Position numbers and translations under genes: made by a program. From assembly GCA_964367085.1 (NCBI GenBank), contig CAYIWL010000003.1:1-36002 (forward strand): 36,002 bases of DNA. The letters are read 5' to 3'. Positions 1 through 7,272 of the stretch are shown here, piece after piece. The stretch is from Candidatus Woesearchaeota archaeon. Its GTDB lineage: Archaea > Nanobdellota > Nanobdellia > SCGC-AAA011-G17 > ARS1403. Every line of letters begins with the position of its first letter. The first letter of the stretch is position 1. Under the pieces are notes generated by a model. It worked only from the letters and a program-made list of their open reading frames with translations, searched no databases and was not told the origin of the DNA.

Positions 1-120
1 CTAATTGAAAAGCCGCAATTTAAAGATAGTTTTAAAGGGATTTTTGGAGTATTTAGTTATAACGAAGATGACCTAGAAAAAACAAAACAGTTAATTAAAA
101 AAATATTAAATTATAACTAA
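1..120 (+). CDS. 3' end of an ORF entering from the left edge (LIEKPQFKDSFKGIFGVFSYNEDDLEKTKQLIKKILNYN*), function unknown
   Basis: Open frame from base 1 to TAA at 118-120, read by hand; too short to assign. Confidence 0.5.
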   Translation, partial: LIEKPQFKDSFKGIFGVFSYNEDDLEKTKQLIKKILNYN

Positions 121-140
121 AGATGCAGCAAAGGATATAA

Positions 141-1229
141 GAACTCAACAAGGAAAAATCAAGTGATAATTATAAATCTCTGGATAAATGCCCATACTGC
201 CAGGGAAAAATAGTTAAACGTGGATTAAGAAAAAAGAAATACGAACAAGTGCAGATTTATTTCTGCCAAAACTGCAGCAAACGATTCATTTCAGCAATAA
301 CAAAAAATAAAACATACCCTCTTAAAATTATTATAGATTCTTTAATTTTATATAATAAATTAAATCCAATAGAATTAATTCCAGATATAATACAAGAAAA
401 ATATGGAATATCATTAAAGCCAAGAACAATCTCAAATTGGCTGAAAGAATATGAAAAATATATTCCATTTCTAAGAATGAGAGAATTTGCATTTAAAAAA
501 TATTCAAAAAAAGAAATAATTGAAGAATCAAAATTATTTCATCAGCAGATTTATAATTTCAAATACAACAGAGCAAAATTAAATATAATCCTAGAAGAGG
601 ATTTCAAACACCATCGTTTTAAACCATTAAAAGAATTTCTAGAATTAGCTATAGCCGAATGTCCCAATCATATTTTTCAAAGCTCGGAAAATAGGGCTTC
701 AGATCTGAAAGGAAAATTCAATTTAGAGGGAGTAAGAATAATTCCAAAAGATAATTTTATAGTAAAAACAACCAATTTCATAACTCAAGCAGTTAGCAAT
801 AATAAAGCAAGGCATGAAACTTTGCAGGATTTTATGATAGCAAATGATTCAACAACAATAGTAGCAGAGCTCCCTGTTTTGTTGGACAGTGAGGACATTA
901 GGCATTACAAGCACGAGCTTAATTTTGAAATCCCAATATCCCTCCAAGATGGGGAATACATCACAGGTCATATTGATTTAGTGCAAGTCAGAAATGGCTC
1001 AATTTATATTCTTGACTATAAACCGTCAGCCAAGAAACAAAAACCAATTGAACAATTGACAATTTACGCACTAGCTTTGGCAAGATTGACTGGATTAAGA
1101 TTATATCATTTTAAGTGTGCATGGTTTGATGAAAGAAATTATTATGAATTCTTTCCTTTGCATGTAGTCTATAAAATAAAAAACAAAAAAAGAATTCCAA
1201 GAGAGCAAACAAAGCTAAATTTAATATAA
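141..1229 (+). CDS. Zn-ribbon + HTH + C-terminal PD-(D/E)xK (RecB/Cas4-like) nuclease; start uncertain, possibly inactivated by a stop at 138-140
   Basis: Frame is open upstream of the called GTG (249) to 141 and gives CPYC-x(21)-CQNC (IS1/InsA-like ribbon). HTH-like IQEKYGISLKPRTISNWLKEY follows. Nuclease motifs: AELP, GHIDLV, ILDYKP, EQLTIYALAL. Confidence 0.8.
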   Translation, partial: ELNKEKSSDNYKSLDKCPYCQGKIVKRGLRKKKYEQVQIYFCQNCSKRFISAITKNKTYPLKIIIDSLILYNKLNPIELIPDIIQEKYGISLKPRTISNWLKEYEKYIPFLRMREFAFKKYSKKEIIEESKLFHQQIYNFKYNRAKLNIILEEDFKHHRFKPLKEFLELAIAECPNHIFQSSENRASDLKGKFNLEGVRIIPKDNFIVKTTNFITQAVSNNKARHETLQDFMIANDSTTIVAELPVLLDSEDIRHYKHELNFEIPISLQDGEYITGHIDLVQVRNGSIYILDYKPSAKKQKPIEQLTIYALALARLTGLRLYHFKCAWFDERNYYEFFPLHVVYKIKNKKRIPREQTKLNLI

Positions 1230-1307
1230 AACATCTCGCTTTTCTTGCAAGAAAGATCAATCTCAGCAGGTTACATGGATTCGTCAGAATTATTTCATGA
1301 AAATCAG

Positions 1308-1411
1308 TGATGCAGCTTAATGATGAAATCAAGGCTCAAAATGAAGCAATAAAGGCATTAGAAAAAGAAGTCCAACAATTACGGCAGGAAAACAATCAGC
1401 AACTAAAATAA
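1308..1411 (+). pseudogene. Orphan C-terminal coiled-coil remnant (VMQLNDEIKAQNEAIKALEKEVQQLRQENNQQLK*)
   Basis: Hand translation; shares a QLN-led heptad pattern with 2686-2817 and resembles the tail of peptidase-S74 chaperone-type fibre proteins. Confidence 0.4.
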
Positions 1412-1525
1412 ACTAATATAAATAAAAACTGCTATCATTATAATTAACACAACCAGCAAAAAAGCCGCATAATTCATCGAGCTAAATACTGAAAAAGCAT
1501 TCCTATTTTTAATTTCTTCTCTCAT
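1403..1525 (-). CDS. 40-aa single-TM membrane peptide
   Basis: MREEIKNRNAFSVFSSMNYAAFLLVVLIIMIAVFIYISLF*; GGAG upstream; 2 nt after the previous stop. Confidence 0.55.
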   Translation of the reverse strand: MREEIKNRNAFSVFSSMNYAAFLLVVLIIMIAVFIYISLF

Positions 1526-1527
1526 TT

Positions 1528-1707
1528 TCATCTCCTTTCTAATTTATTTAATCTATCAGCCAATAAACTAATCCTTGACAACGCAATTGCATCAATTGCA
1601 GCTAAAAAAGAAACTGCAATTATAATGAAATACTGAAATTTTTCCTCGCCCAAAAACAACCCGATAAACGCTATTATCGTCATAACACTGGCAATAAATG
1701 CAATCAC
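1528..1707 (-). CDS. 59-aa two-TM membrane protein
   Basis: GTG start; VIAFIASVMTIIAFIGLFLGEEKFQYFIIIAVSFLAAIDAIALSRISLLADRLNKLERR*; TATA-like run at about 1731-1740. Confidence 0.55.
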   Translation of the reverse strand: MIAFIASVMTIIAFIGLFLGEEKFQYFIIIAVSFLAAIDAIALSRISLLADRLNKLERR

Positions 1708-1771
1708 GTCAAAGATTAATTTTATTTAATCTTTATATATTCCCTATCTATTTAAGGCTTTCCTCTCAACT

Positions 1772-1837
1772 TCGGCATCAAACCCTTTTAGAAAAAGGTC
1801 TTGACCCCAAGGGGGAGTTCAAAAGAACCGTAGGTTA
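1772..1837. repeat. Spacer block A (hairpin-rich, ~65 bp), copy 1; copy 2 at 5474-5538
   Basis: tcggcatcaaacccttttagaaaaaggtcttgacccc...aaaagaaccgtaggtta is near-identical at both sites. Confidence 0.9.
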
Positions 1838-1972
1838 ACACGGCTCAAGGCCTTTCATTTCATTCAACGTCGGCATCGGCACAACAAGGAAACAGCACCA
1901 GAAGCCTAAATACAGCAAAATTCCTCCTTTCCAGCCAGATTTTCCAGGTTTTTCCAGTAATATCAGTCATCT
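1832..1972. repeat. Spacer block B/D (NVGIGTT-coding motif through first 15-bp motif); related copies at 2636-2672, 4244-4288, 5670-5850
   Basis: 1832-1858 = 2636-2662 (27 bp); 1864-1888 = 5689-5713 (25 bp); 2649-2672 = 5670-5693 (24 bp); 1889-1972 aligns with 5767-5850. Confidence 0.9.
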
Positions 1973-2041
1973 CAATTACTAGTAATTTCAGTCATTTTTC
2001 TTAGTAATCTTAGTCAGTTCAAGCATTAGTAATTTTAGTCA
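1955..2041. repeat. Four tandem 15-bp YAGTAATNTYAGTCA motifs (further copies at 4274, 4753, 4778, 5833)
   Basis: Copies start at 1955, 1980, 2002, 2027; 1956-1994 is identical to 4754-4792. Confidence 0.9.
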
Positions 2042-2058
2042 GCTAGTTAAAAAATTTG

Positions 2059-2076
2059 AACAGCAAGTTTTTTAAA
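2059..2076 (+). promoter_or_regulatory. Conserved BRE/TATA promoter (AACARCAA-rk-TTTTTAAA); also at 4913-4933, 5927-5947, 6624-6644, 7092-7112
   Basis: Same motif ends 22-24 nt before the start codon of five TA loci, the archaeal leaderless spacing. Confidence 0.75.
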
Positions 2077-2100
2077 GAGGTTTTAATTATAAGGACTGAT

Positions 2101-2289
2101 ATGACAAACTCAAATATAACTTTAAACACAATATACAAAGATTTGGAATTGATAAAAACCAAGGTTATTAACATAGAGGAACATATTTTAGAAAGAGAAT
2201 TATCAGAAGATGACAAAGAAGCAATAGATCAGGCTTTGGAAGAAGAAAAACAGGGAAAACTTTTAACAAAGAACCGAGTCTTTGACTAG
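2101..2289 (+). CDS. Antitoxin (acidic, RelB-like partner)
   Basis: Start moved to ATG 2101 (24 nt after TATA); ELSEDDKEAIDQALEEEKQGKLLT; overlaps the RelE gene. Confidence 0.75.
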   Translation: MTNSNITLNTIYKDLELIKTKVINIEEHILERELSEDDKEAIDQALEEEKQGKLLTKNRVFD

Positions 2290-2548
2290 AATGTTCCCCG
2301 CAGAATTCTCTACAAAAGTTGCTAAATATATTAAAAAATTAGACAAGATTACAAAATCGAGAATAGAAAACAGAATTAATGAACTTGAACAAGATCCATT
2401 TCCAAAAGAAGTTGAAAGAGTAAAAGGTTACAAGGGAGAAAAAGTTTTCAGGGTAAGGGTTGGAGACCAAAGAATTCTTTATATTGTAAGGTATAATCCA
2501 AATAAACTTATCATAACTAAGGTTGATAAAAGACCAAGAGTTTACTAA
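2282..2548 (+). CDS. relE: RelE/ParE family toxin
   Basis: KYIKKLDK...FRVRVGDQRILY...VDKRPRVY. Confidence 0.85.
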   Translation: MTRMFPAEFSTKVAKYIKKLDKITKSRIENRINELEQDPFPKEVERVKGYKGEKVFRVRVGDQRILYIVRYNPNKLIITKVDKRPRVY

Positions 2549-2550
2549 AA

Positions 2551-2817
2551 ATGCAACATCGGCATCTTCCTTTCTTTAAAAAAGAAAGCAAGTCCAAAGA
2601 AAAGATAGAAAATATCGGCAAGGGAATCAAGGCGCAGGTTAACACGGCTCAAGGCCTTTCATATCGCTCAACTTCGGAACAGGCAATCTACATCATCCAA
2701 CTTAATGAAGCAGTTCAAAATCATCAGAACGAGATGAAACTGCAAAAACAAGCATCAGCCGTTCAGCAGCAGGAACTGGCATTATTGAAAGCCCACATCT
2801 CAGTATCCGAAGCCTGA
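2551..2817 (+). pseudogene. Mosaic of spacer blocks ending in coiled-coil remnant (AIYIIQLNEAVQNHQNEMKLQKQ...SEA*)
   Basis: ORF is assembled from repeated blocks B and C; unlikely to be an intact gene. Confidence 0.5.
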
Positions 2818-2832
2818 AACCCCTCAAAATCC
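2707..2832. repeat. Spacer block C, 126-bp direct repeat, copy 1
   Basis: Identical by eye to 4598-4723. Confidence 0.95.
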
Positions 2833-2931
2833 AGCATTTTTCATAAAGAATCTGTTACATAATTTAGTTAAAAATCCACTACATGAAATTCTCACCAATA
2901 ATTATTTAAACGTAAATAGTTAACAAAGATT

Positions 2932-3375
2932 ATGGCATCTAATGATGAAACAAGGAAAATAATAAAAAACTGGTTGGAACAAGCAGAATCAGATTTGAAA
3001 AGTGCAGAATATAATCTAAATGGAAGAAAATTAGATGTAGCTTCATATCTCTGCCAGCAAGCAGCAGAAAAAGCATTAAAAGCATTTTGTATAAAAATTC
3101 ACAACAAACTATGGAAAACCCATGATTTAATAAAGTTGGCAGAATTAGTCAATGCACCGGAAAACATAATAGAAATTTGTAATGTGTTAAGTCCTATTTA
3201 TACTGAAGATCGTTATCCTGATTATTCAGATATCATCCCAGCTAAAAAATTTGAAGAAAAAGAAGTAAGTGATTTTCTAAACAAAGCCAAGGAGGTAGTC
3301 AAATGGACAAAAGAAAGTCTGGAATCATCAAAAAACTCAAAGAATTCAAAAAAGAAAACAAAATCAAAAAAATGA
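2932..3375 (+). CDS. HEPN domain protein
   Basis: WLEQAESDLKSA, CQQAAEKALKA, KTHDL, RYPD. Confidence 0.9.
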   Translation: MASNDETRKIIKNWLEQAESDLKSAEYNLNGRKLDVASYLCQQAAEKALKAFCIKIHNKLWKTHDLIKLAELVNAPENIIEICNVLSPIYTEDRYPDYSDIIPAKKFEEKEVSDFLNKAKEVVKWTKESLESSKNSKNSKKKTKSKK

Positions 3376-3611
3376 TTTTTTTCGGAAGTAGAATGACTAA
3401 TAATTATAATAAATACAGTGACATTGATCTTGTAGTAGTCTCTCCAAAATTTAAAAAATTAAAATCATTTCAACGCCCAGCAATGCTAAGATTAAAATGG
3501 AATATGAAGTATCCGGTGGATCTTCTTTGTTACACTCCAGAAGAATTTGAAAGAAGAAGAAAAATACCCTCGATAGTAAGAGAAGCTGCCGAAACAGGGA
3601 TTGAAATATAA
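3303..3611 (+). CDS. Minimal nucleotidyltransferase (MNT) antitoxin
   Basis: FFGSR...SDIDLVVVS...VDLLCYTPEEF. Confidence 0.9.
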   Translation: MDKRKSGIIKKLKEFKKENKIKKMIFFGSRMTNNYNKYSDIDLVVVSPKFKKLKSFQRPAMLRLKWNMKYPVDLLCYTPEEFERRRKIPSIVREAAETGIEI

Positions 3612-3718
3612 TAAATCCATCAATCTCACTTTTCTCAAAAGCTTTTCTTAGAACCTTTTAAGAAAAAGTATTCATGGAAAAAAATAAAGCTGGATAAAAT
3701 TAGAAAATGAAAGACAGT

Positions 3719-3952
3719 TTAAACTTCTCTTCTCAATTCCTCATAATCTTCTCTGCTTAACTTTATCTGTTTAAGAATTTCTCTCAGCAAACTCACGCCT
3801 ATCTCTTCATTTCCATGAACAGGAACAACGGTTCTTCTTCCATCAGTGTGCCGATATCTTACATGACTTCCTTTTCCATAAGTTTTCTCAAAACCAAGTT
3901 TTTCTAAGATCTTACACAGTTTTTTACCAGAAATAGGAACAAGTTTTGTCAT
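3719..3952 (-). CDS. hicA: HicA family toxin
   Basis: LEKLGF...KGSHVRYRHTDGRRTVVPVH...LREILKQ. Confidence 0.9.
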   Translation of the reverse strand: MTKLVPISGKKLCKILEKLGFEKTYGKGSHVRYRHTDGRRTVVPVHGNEEIGVSLLREILKQIKLSREDYEELRREV

Positions 3953-4173
3953 CTTGCAATCTGTAATTGCTGTACACCAACAAATCTCATTGGGCTAATT
4001 TCTTCTTTATCCGCTTCCAAACAAACTTCAATAGCTTCTTTAATCCTGTCTAACACTTGTGCAACAGTTTTACCTTGAGTAAAGCATCCTTGAATGTCAG
4101 GCACACTAGCTATGTACCATCCATCCTCTCCTTGTTCTATCAAAACAGTAAAATTATATATTTGCCTTTCCAT
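3949..4173 (-). CDS. hicB: HicB family antitoxin
   Basis: YIASVPDIQGCFTQGKT...IKEAIE; start moved to ATG 4173 (TATA about 25 nt upstream). Confidence 0.9.
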   Translation of the reverse strand: MERQIYNFTVLIEQGEDGWYIASVPDIQGCFTQGKTVAQVLDRIKEAIEVCLEADKEEISPMRFVGVQQLQIAR

Positions 4174-4288
4174 ATAAAAATAATTTGTTAATCTATCTTT
4201 ATATACCTTTCGACAACAAGCCACAGCTAACCATCGTATATAAGCATTAGAAGCCAGATTTTCCGGGTTTTTCTAGTAATTTCAGTCA

Positions 4289-4378
4289 GGTTATGACATA
4301 AGAATGGTTTACGAAATTGATGATGATAACAAAGAAATAGTCGTTGTAGCTGTTGGCTCTCACAAAGTCTATGAGTGA
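4289..4378 (+). pseudogene. 3' fragment of a RelE/YafQ-like toxin (GYDIRMVYEIDDDNKEIVVVAVGSHKVYE*)
   Basis: Hand translation; begins right after the 15-bp motif at 4274-4288, with an in-frame stop at 4277. Confidence 0.7.
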
Positions 4379-4527
4379 ATTTTAAGCTCCCAAGTTTTTA
4401 CCGCTTTTATTTTGGCTAGATCGCTTTCCTTTATAGCTTCCATCATTTCCCTATTTCTCAATATCCCAACCTCTTCTAAAAGCGCCTCATATTCTTCTCT
4501 TGGAATCTGAATCATTTCTTGTCTCAT
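4369..4527 (-). CDS. 52-aa antitoxin-like protein (Phd/YefM C-terminal-like)
   Basis: MRQEMIQIPREEYEALLEEVGILRNREMMEAIKESD...; GAGG and TATA upstream. Confidence 0.7.
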   Translation of the reverse strand: MRQEMIQIPREEYEALLEEVGILRNREMMEAIKESDLAKIKAVKTWELKIHS

Positions 4528-4597
4528 AAAAAACCTCAAGTAAATCTTCTTTAAATAATTATCGGTTAGTTCGCACTAGCGAATCAAGTCCAAAAGA

Positions 4598-4723
4598 GAA
4601 GCAGTTCAAAATCATCAGAACGAGATGAAACTGCAAAAACAAGCATCAGCCGTTCAGCAGCAGGAACTGGCATTATTGAAAGCCCACATCTCAGTATCCG
4701 AAGCCTGAAACCCCTCAAAATCC
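4598..4723. repeat. Spacer block C, copy 2
   Basis: Identical to 2707-2832. Confidence 0.95.
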
Positions 4724-4955
4724 TCAAAAACAGCCAAGATCCAAGAAAATCCTAGTAATATCAGTCATCTCAATTACTAGTAATTTCAGTCAGCTAGCCA
4801 ACAAATTCTACTAACTTTTCGTGAACGTTTTCCTAAAAGGTTCTGCTAGTAATATTCTATTGTTTTATTAGTAAAACTAATTACACTTAAAAAAAATTAA
4901 ATAGTAACAACGAAAAACAACAAGGTTTTTAAATATAGCATCCTCCAATACTAAA

Positions 4956-5198
4956 GTGAGAATAACAATTCCGCCTTATGCACAAGAAAGAATAAAAAGA
5001 TACAATCTAACAAAAAACATAGTTGAAGAGGCAATAAGGAATCCAGATGAAATTGTCAAAGGTTATGAAGGAAGATTGATAGCTCATAAGTTGCTTGATA
5101 AACACGTACTAAGGATTGTTTATCTGAAAACTGAAGAAGAAATAAAAGTAATTACGGTTTACCCTGCAAAAAAAGAGCGTTATTGGAGGAAAAAATGA
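4956..5198 (+). CDS. DUF4258-like toxin
   Basis: YAQERIKRYNL...EEAIRNPD...LRIVY...KVITVYP. Confidence 0.8.
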   Translation: MRITIPPYAQERIKRYNLTKNIVEEAIRNPDEIVKGYEGRLIAHKLLDKHVLRIVYLKTEEEIKVITVYPAKKERYWRKK

Positions 5199-5413
5199 AA
5201 GCGTTTTATGACAAGGAAACGAATGTATTATTAATAAGAATAAGAGATAATAAGCCAGAATATGGAGAAGATATCGGCCAAGGGGTTGTAGTGCATTTTG
5301 ATAAGAATGAAAACCCTGTAGAGATAGAAATTCTTGATGCCAAAAAATATCTGGCAAGCTGGTTGGAACAAGCACTAGAAATAGCTCCGAAACAAAAGTT
5401 AGTGGCTGCTTAA
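5195..5413 (+). CDS. DUF2283 family antitoxin
   Basis: MKAFYDKETNVLLIRI...VVVHFDKNENPVEIEILDA; ATGA overlap with the toxin stop. Confidence 0.85.
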   Translation: MKAFYDKETNVLLIRIRDNKPEYGEDIGQGVVVHFDKNENPVEIEILDAKKYLASWLEQALEIAPKQKLVAA

Positions 5414-5473
5414 AACAGATTAATGGCAATAAAAACCGCTTTGGTTCTTATCATCTCCAGCTTACAAGCAACA

Positions 5474-5538
5474 TCGGCATCAAACCCTTTTAGAAAAAGG
5501 TCTTGACCCCAAAGGGGAGTCAAAAGAACCGTAGGTTA
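5474..5538. repeat. Spacer block A, copy 2
   Basis: Matches 1772-1837. Confidence 0.9.
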
Positions 5539-5970
5539 TTTTACGGCAACGTCTCAAGTCTCCAGCATCTCCACATAGAAATAATTCCAATATTGAGATA
5601 AATATTAGGTGTAGATGCGTCTCAACCTTGCCTTTGGCATCAAGGCTCAAGATTCAGGTTAGCAGGTTATCAAGGCCTTTCATATCGCTCAACGTCGGCA
5701 TCGGCACAACAAGTTCGGTAGTTAAAAGAAAGGCTAAAAGAAAGTTCAAAGACGGTAAAGGCACAGGAAACAGCATTAGAAGCCTCAAACACAGCAAAAT
5801 CCCCATTTCAAGCCAATATTCCACTAAATTTTTAGTAATCTCAGTCATCTACAATAACATCAACAGCCAATCACAATAATTCTTATTAACTTCAAAAACA
5901 ACCATCAACTATGAAGAAAAAAGTAAAAAAACAACAAGGTTTTTAAACTTGTCTTCTTATAAAAAACAAT

Positions 5971-6249
5971 ATGTCAAAAGAACTATTATTAACAGTTGTT
6001 GTAAAGGAAGAAGAAAAAGGATACTCCGTTCTATGTCCGGAATTAAATGTAGCCAGTCAAGGAGAAACCTTTGAAGAATCTATTTCAAACATAAAAGAAG
6101 CTACTGAATTATATATAGAGAGTGCAAAACAATTAGGTATTCTGGATGAAATTCTAGACCAGCTTGGAATTACAAATCAAGATTTTAATAAAGGGCAGAT
6201 AATTCCTAAAGTTATTACAGCAAATGTTCCAATAAGGATCGCAGCTTAA
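5971..6249 (+). CDS. hicB: HicB family antitoxin
   Basis: YSVLCPELNVASQGETFEESISNIKEATELYIE. Confidence 0.9.
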   Translation: MSKELLLTVVVKEEEKGYSVLCPELNVASQGETFEESISNIKEATELYIESAKQLGILDEILDQLGITNQDFNKGQIIPKVITANVPIRIAA

Positions 6250-6251
6250 AG

Positions 6252-6473
6252 ATGAAACTGCCGGTTATTTCTGCAGATAAAATACTCAAGCTTCTAAAGA
6301 AGGAAGGGTTTGAAATCACAAGACAGAAAGGCTCACATATATCTCTTCACAGAAAATTAGAAGGGGGAAGCATAATTTTGGTTGTTGTCCCGAGAAAAAG
6401 GGAAATCAAAAAAGGCACTTTATTAAGCATTATTAAACAATCAAAGATGTCAAGGAGAAGAATTTCTAAGTAA
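6252..6473 (+). CDS. hicA: HicA family toxin (C-terminus probably altered by a 1-nt insertion)
   Basis: LKKEGFEITRQKGSHISL...GTLLSIIKQ; deleting one G near 6454 restores MSREEFLSKIG*. Confidence 0.85.
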   Translation: MKLPVISADKILKLLKKEGFEITRQKGSHISLHRKLEGGSIILVVVPRKREIKKGTLLSIIKQSKMSRRRISK

Positions 6474-6667
6474 GATTGGTTAGCCTATCAAAAAACACTG
6501 CAGCAGCTAAAACAATCATCCGCCCATAGCCCCAATTCCCAAAAATAATTTAAAAATCAGCAGTATGAGTTTTTTTAAAAATTCGTTATATAAATTTTAA
6601 AGAATCAAATACACAAAAAGTAAAAAAACAACAAAGTTTTTAAACTTGTTTCTATCAAATATTTATT

Positions 6668-6865
6668 ATGAAAACCGTAACTTTAAATGTCATAAATAGC
6701 AACCTTAAAAAATTGTACAACGAAGTTGAGTTCATAAAAAACATCCTCTCAGAAGAATATGAGCTGAGCAGTTGGGCAAAAAATGAATTATCAGAAGCAA
6801 GAAAAATTCCAGATTCTAAGCTAATAAGCCATGATGAGGCTAAGAGGCGCATTCTCCAAAAATGA
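6668..6865 (+). CDS. Antitoxin (small, RelE partner)
   Basis: YELSSWAKNELSEAR...LISHDEAKRRIL; ATGA overlap with RelE. Confidence 0.75.
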   Translation: MKTVTLNVINSNLKKLYNEVEFIKNILSEEYELSSWAKNELSEARKIPDSKLISHDEAKRRILQK

Positions 6866-7068
6866 GTTATGCTGTAAAATGGAATGATAATCCCTTAAAA
6901 CATCTTGAGAAACTACCCAAAGAAATTTCTTTAAGAGTCTTGAAAAAATTAGACAAAGTTGCTGAAGATCCTTTTAGATATCTAGAGCATTACGAAGGTG
7001 CGGACGTTTATAAGTTGAGGATAGGAGACTACAGAATGCTTATTGATGTTGACTTCACAACTAAATAA
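6862..7068 (+). pseudogene. relE: RelE family toxin, C-terminally truncated
   Basis: YKLRIGDYRMLIDVD then stop; lacks the final strand and GHRxxVY seen in the paralog at 23495-23746. Confidence 0.75.
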
Positions 7069-7134
7069 TTAAAAATCAGCGATGTGAAACAAAAAACAGC
7101 AAGTTTTTTAAAGGTTAATCCAATAATAAATGAT

Positions 7135-7272
7135 ATGCCAGAAACAATAACAATTTCAAAACATGAATATGTAAGGCTAAAAAGAATTGAGGAAATAGAT
7201 CATAATCTAATAAGTCAGTTAGTCAGATCCTTGGAGGATATAAAAGCAGGAAGAATAAAGAGAGTAGTTTAG
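7135..7272 (+). CDS. Orphan 45-aa antitoxin
   Basis: MPETITISKHEYVRLKR...SLEDIKAGRIKRVV; ATG 22 nt after the conserved promoter. Confidence 0.75.
   Translation: MPETITISKHEYVRLKRIEEIDHNLISQLVRSLEDIKAGRIKRVV

Noticed and set aside
138-140. Stop-codon reassignment
   Set aside because: TAA, TAG and TGA all terminate conserved genes normally elsewhere in the window.
141-1229. Intact IS element
   Set aside because: No DDE catalytic domain, terminal inverted repeats or target duplication were found.
1955-2041. Possible CRISPR mini-array with the nuclease as Cas4
   Set aside because: Repeats are 15 bp with 7-10 bp gaps, no cas genes are present, and the nuclease lacks the Cas4 C-terminal Fe-S cysteine cluster.
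2707-4723. DGR template/variable repeat pair
   Set aside because: Copies are identical with no adenine-specific mismatches, and there is no reverse transcriptase in the window.
5628-5879. 83-aa (+) and 64-aa (-) ORFs
   Set aside because: They span repeated linker blocks that are non-coding or out of frame in other copies.
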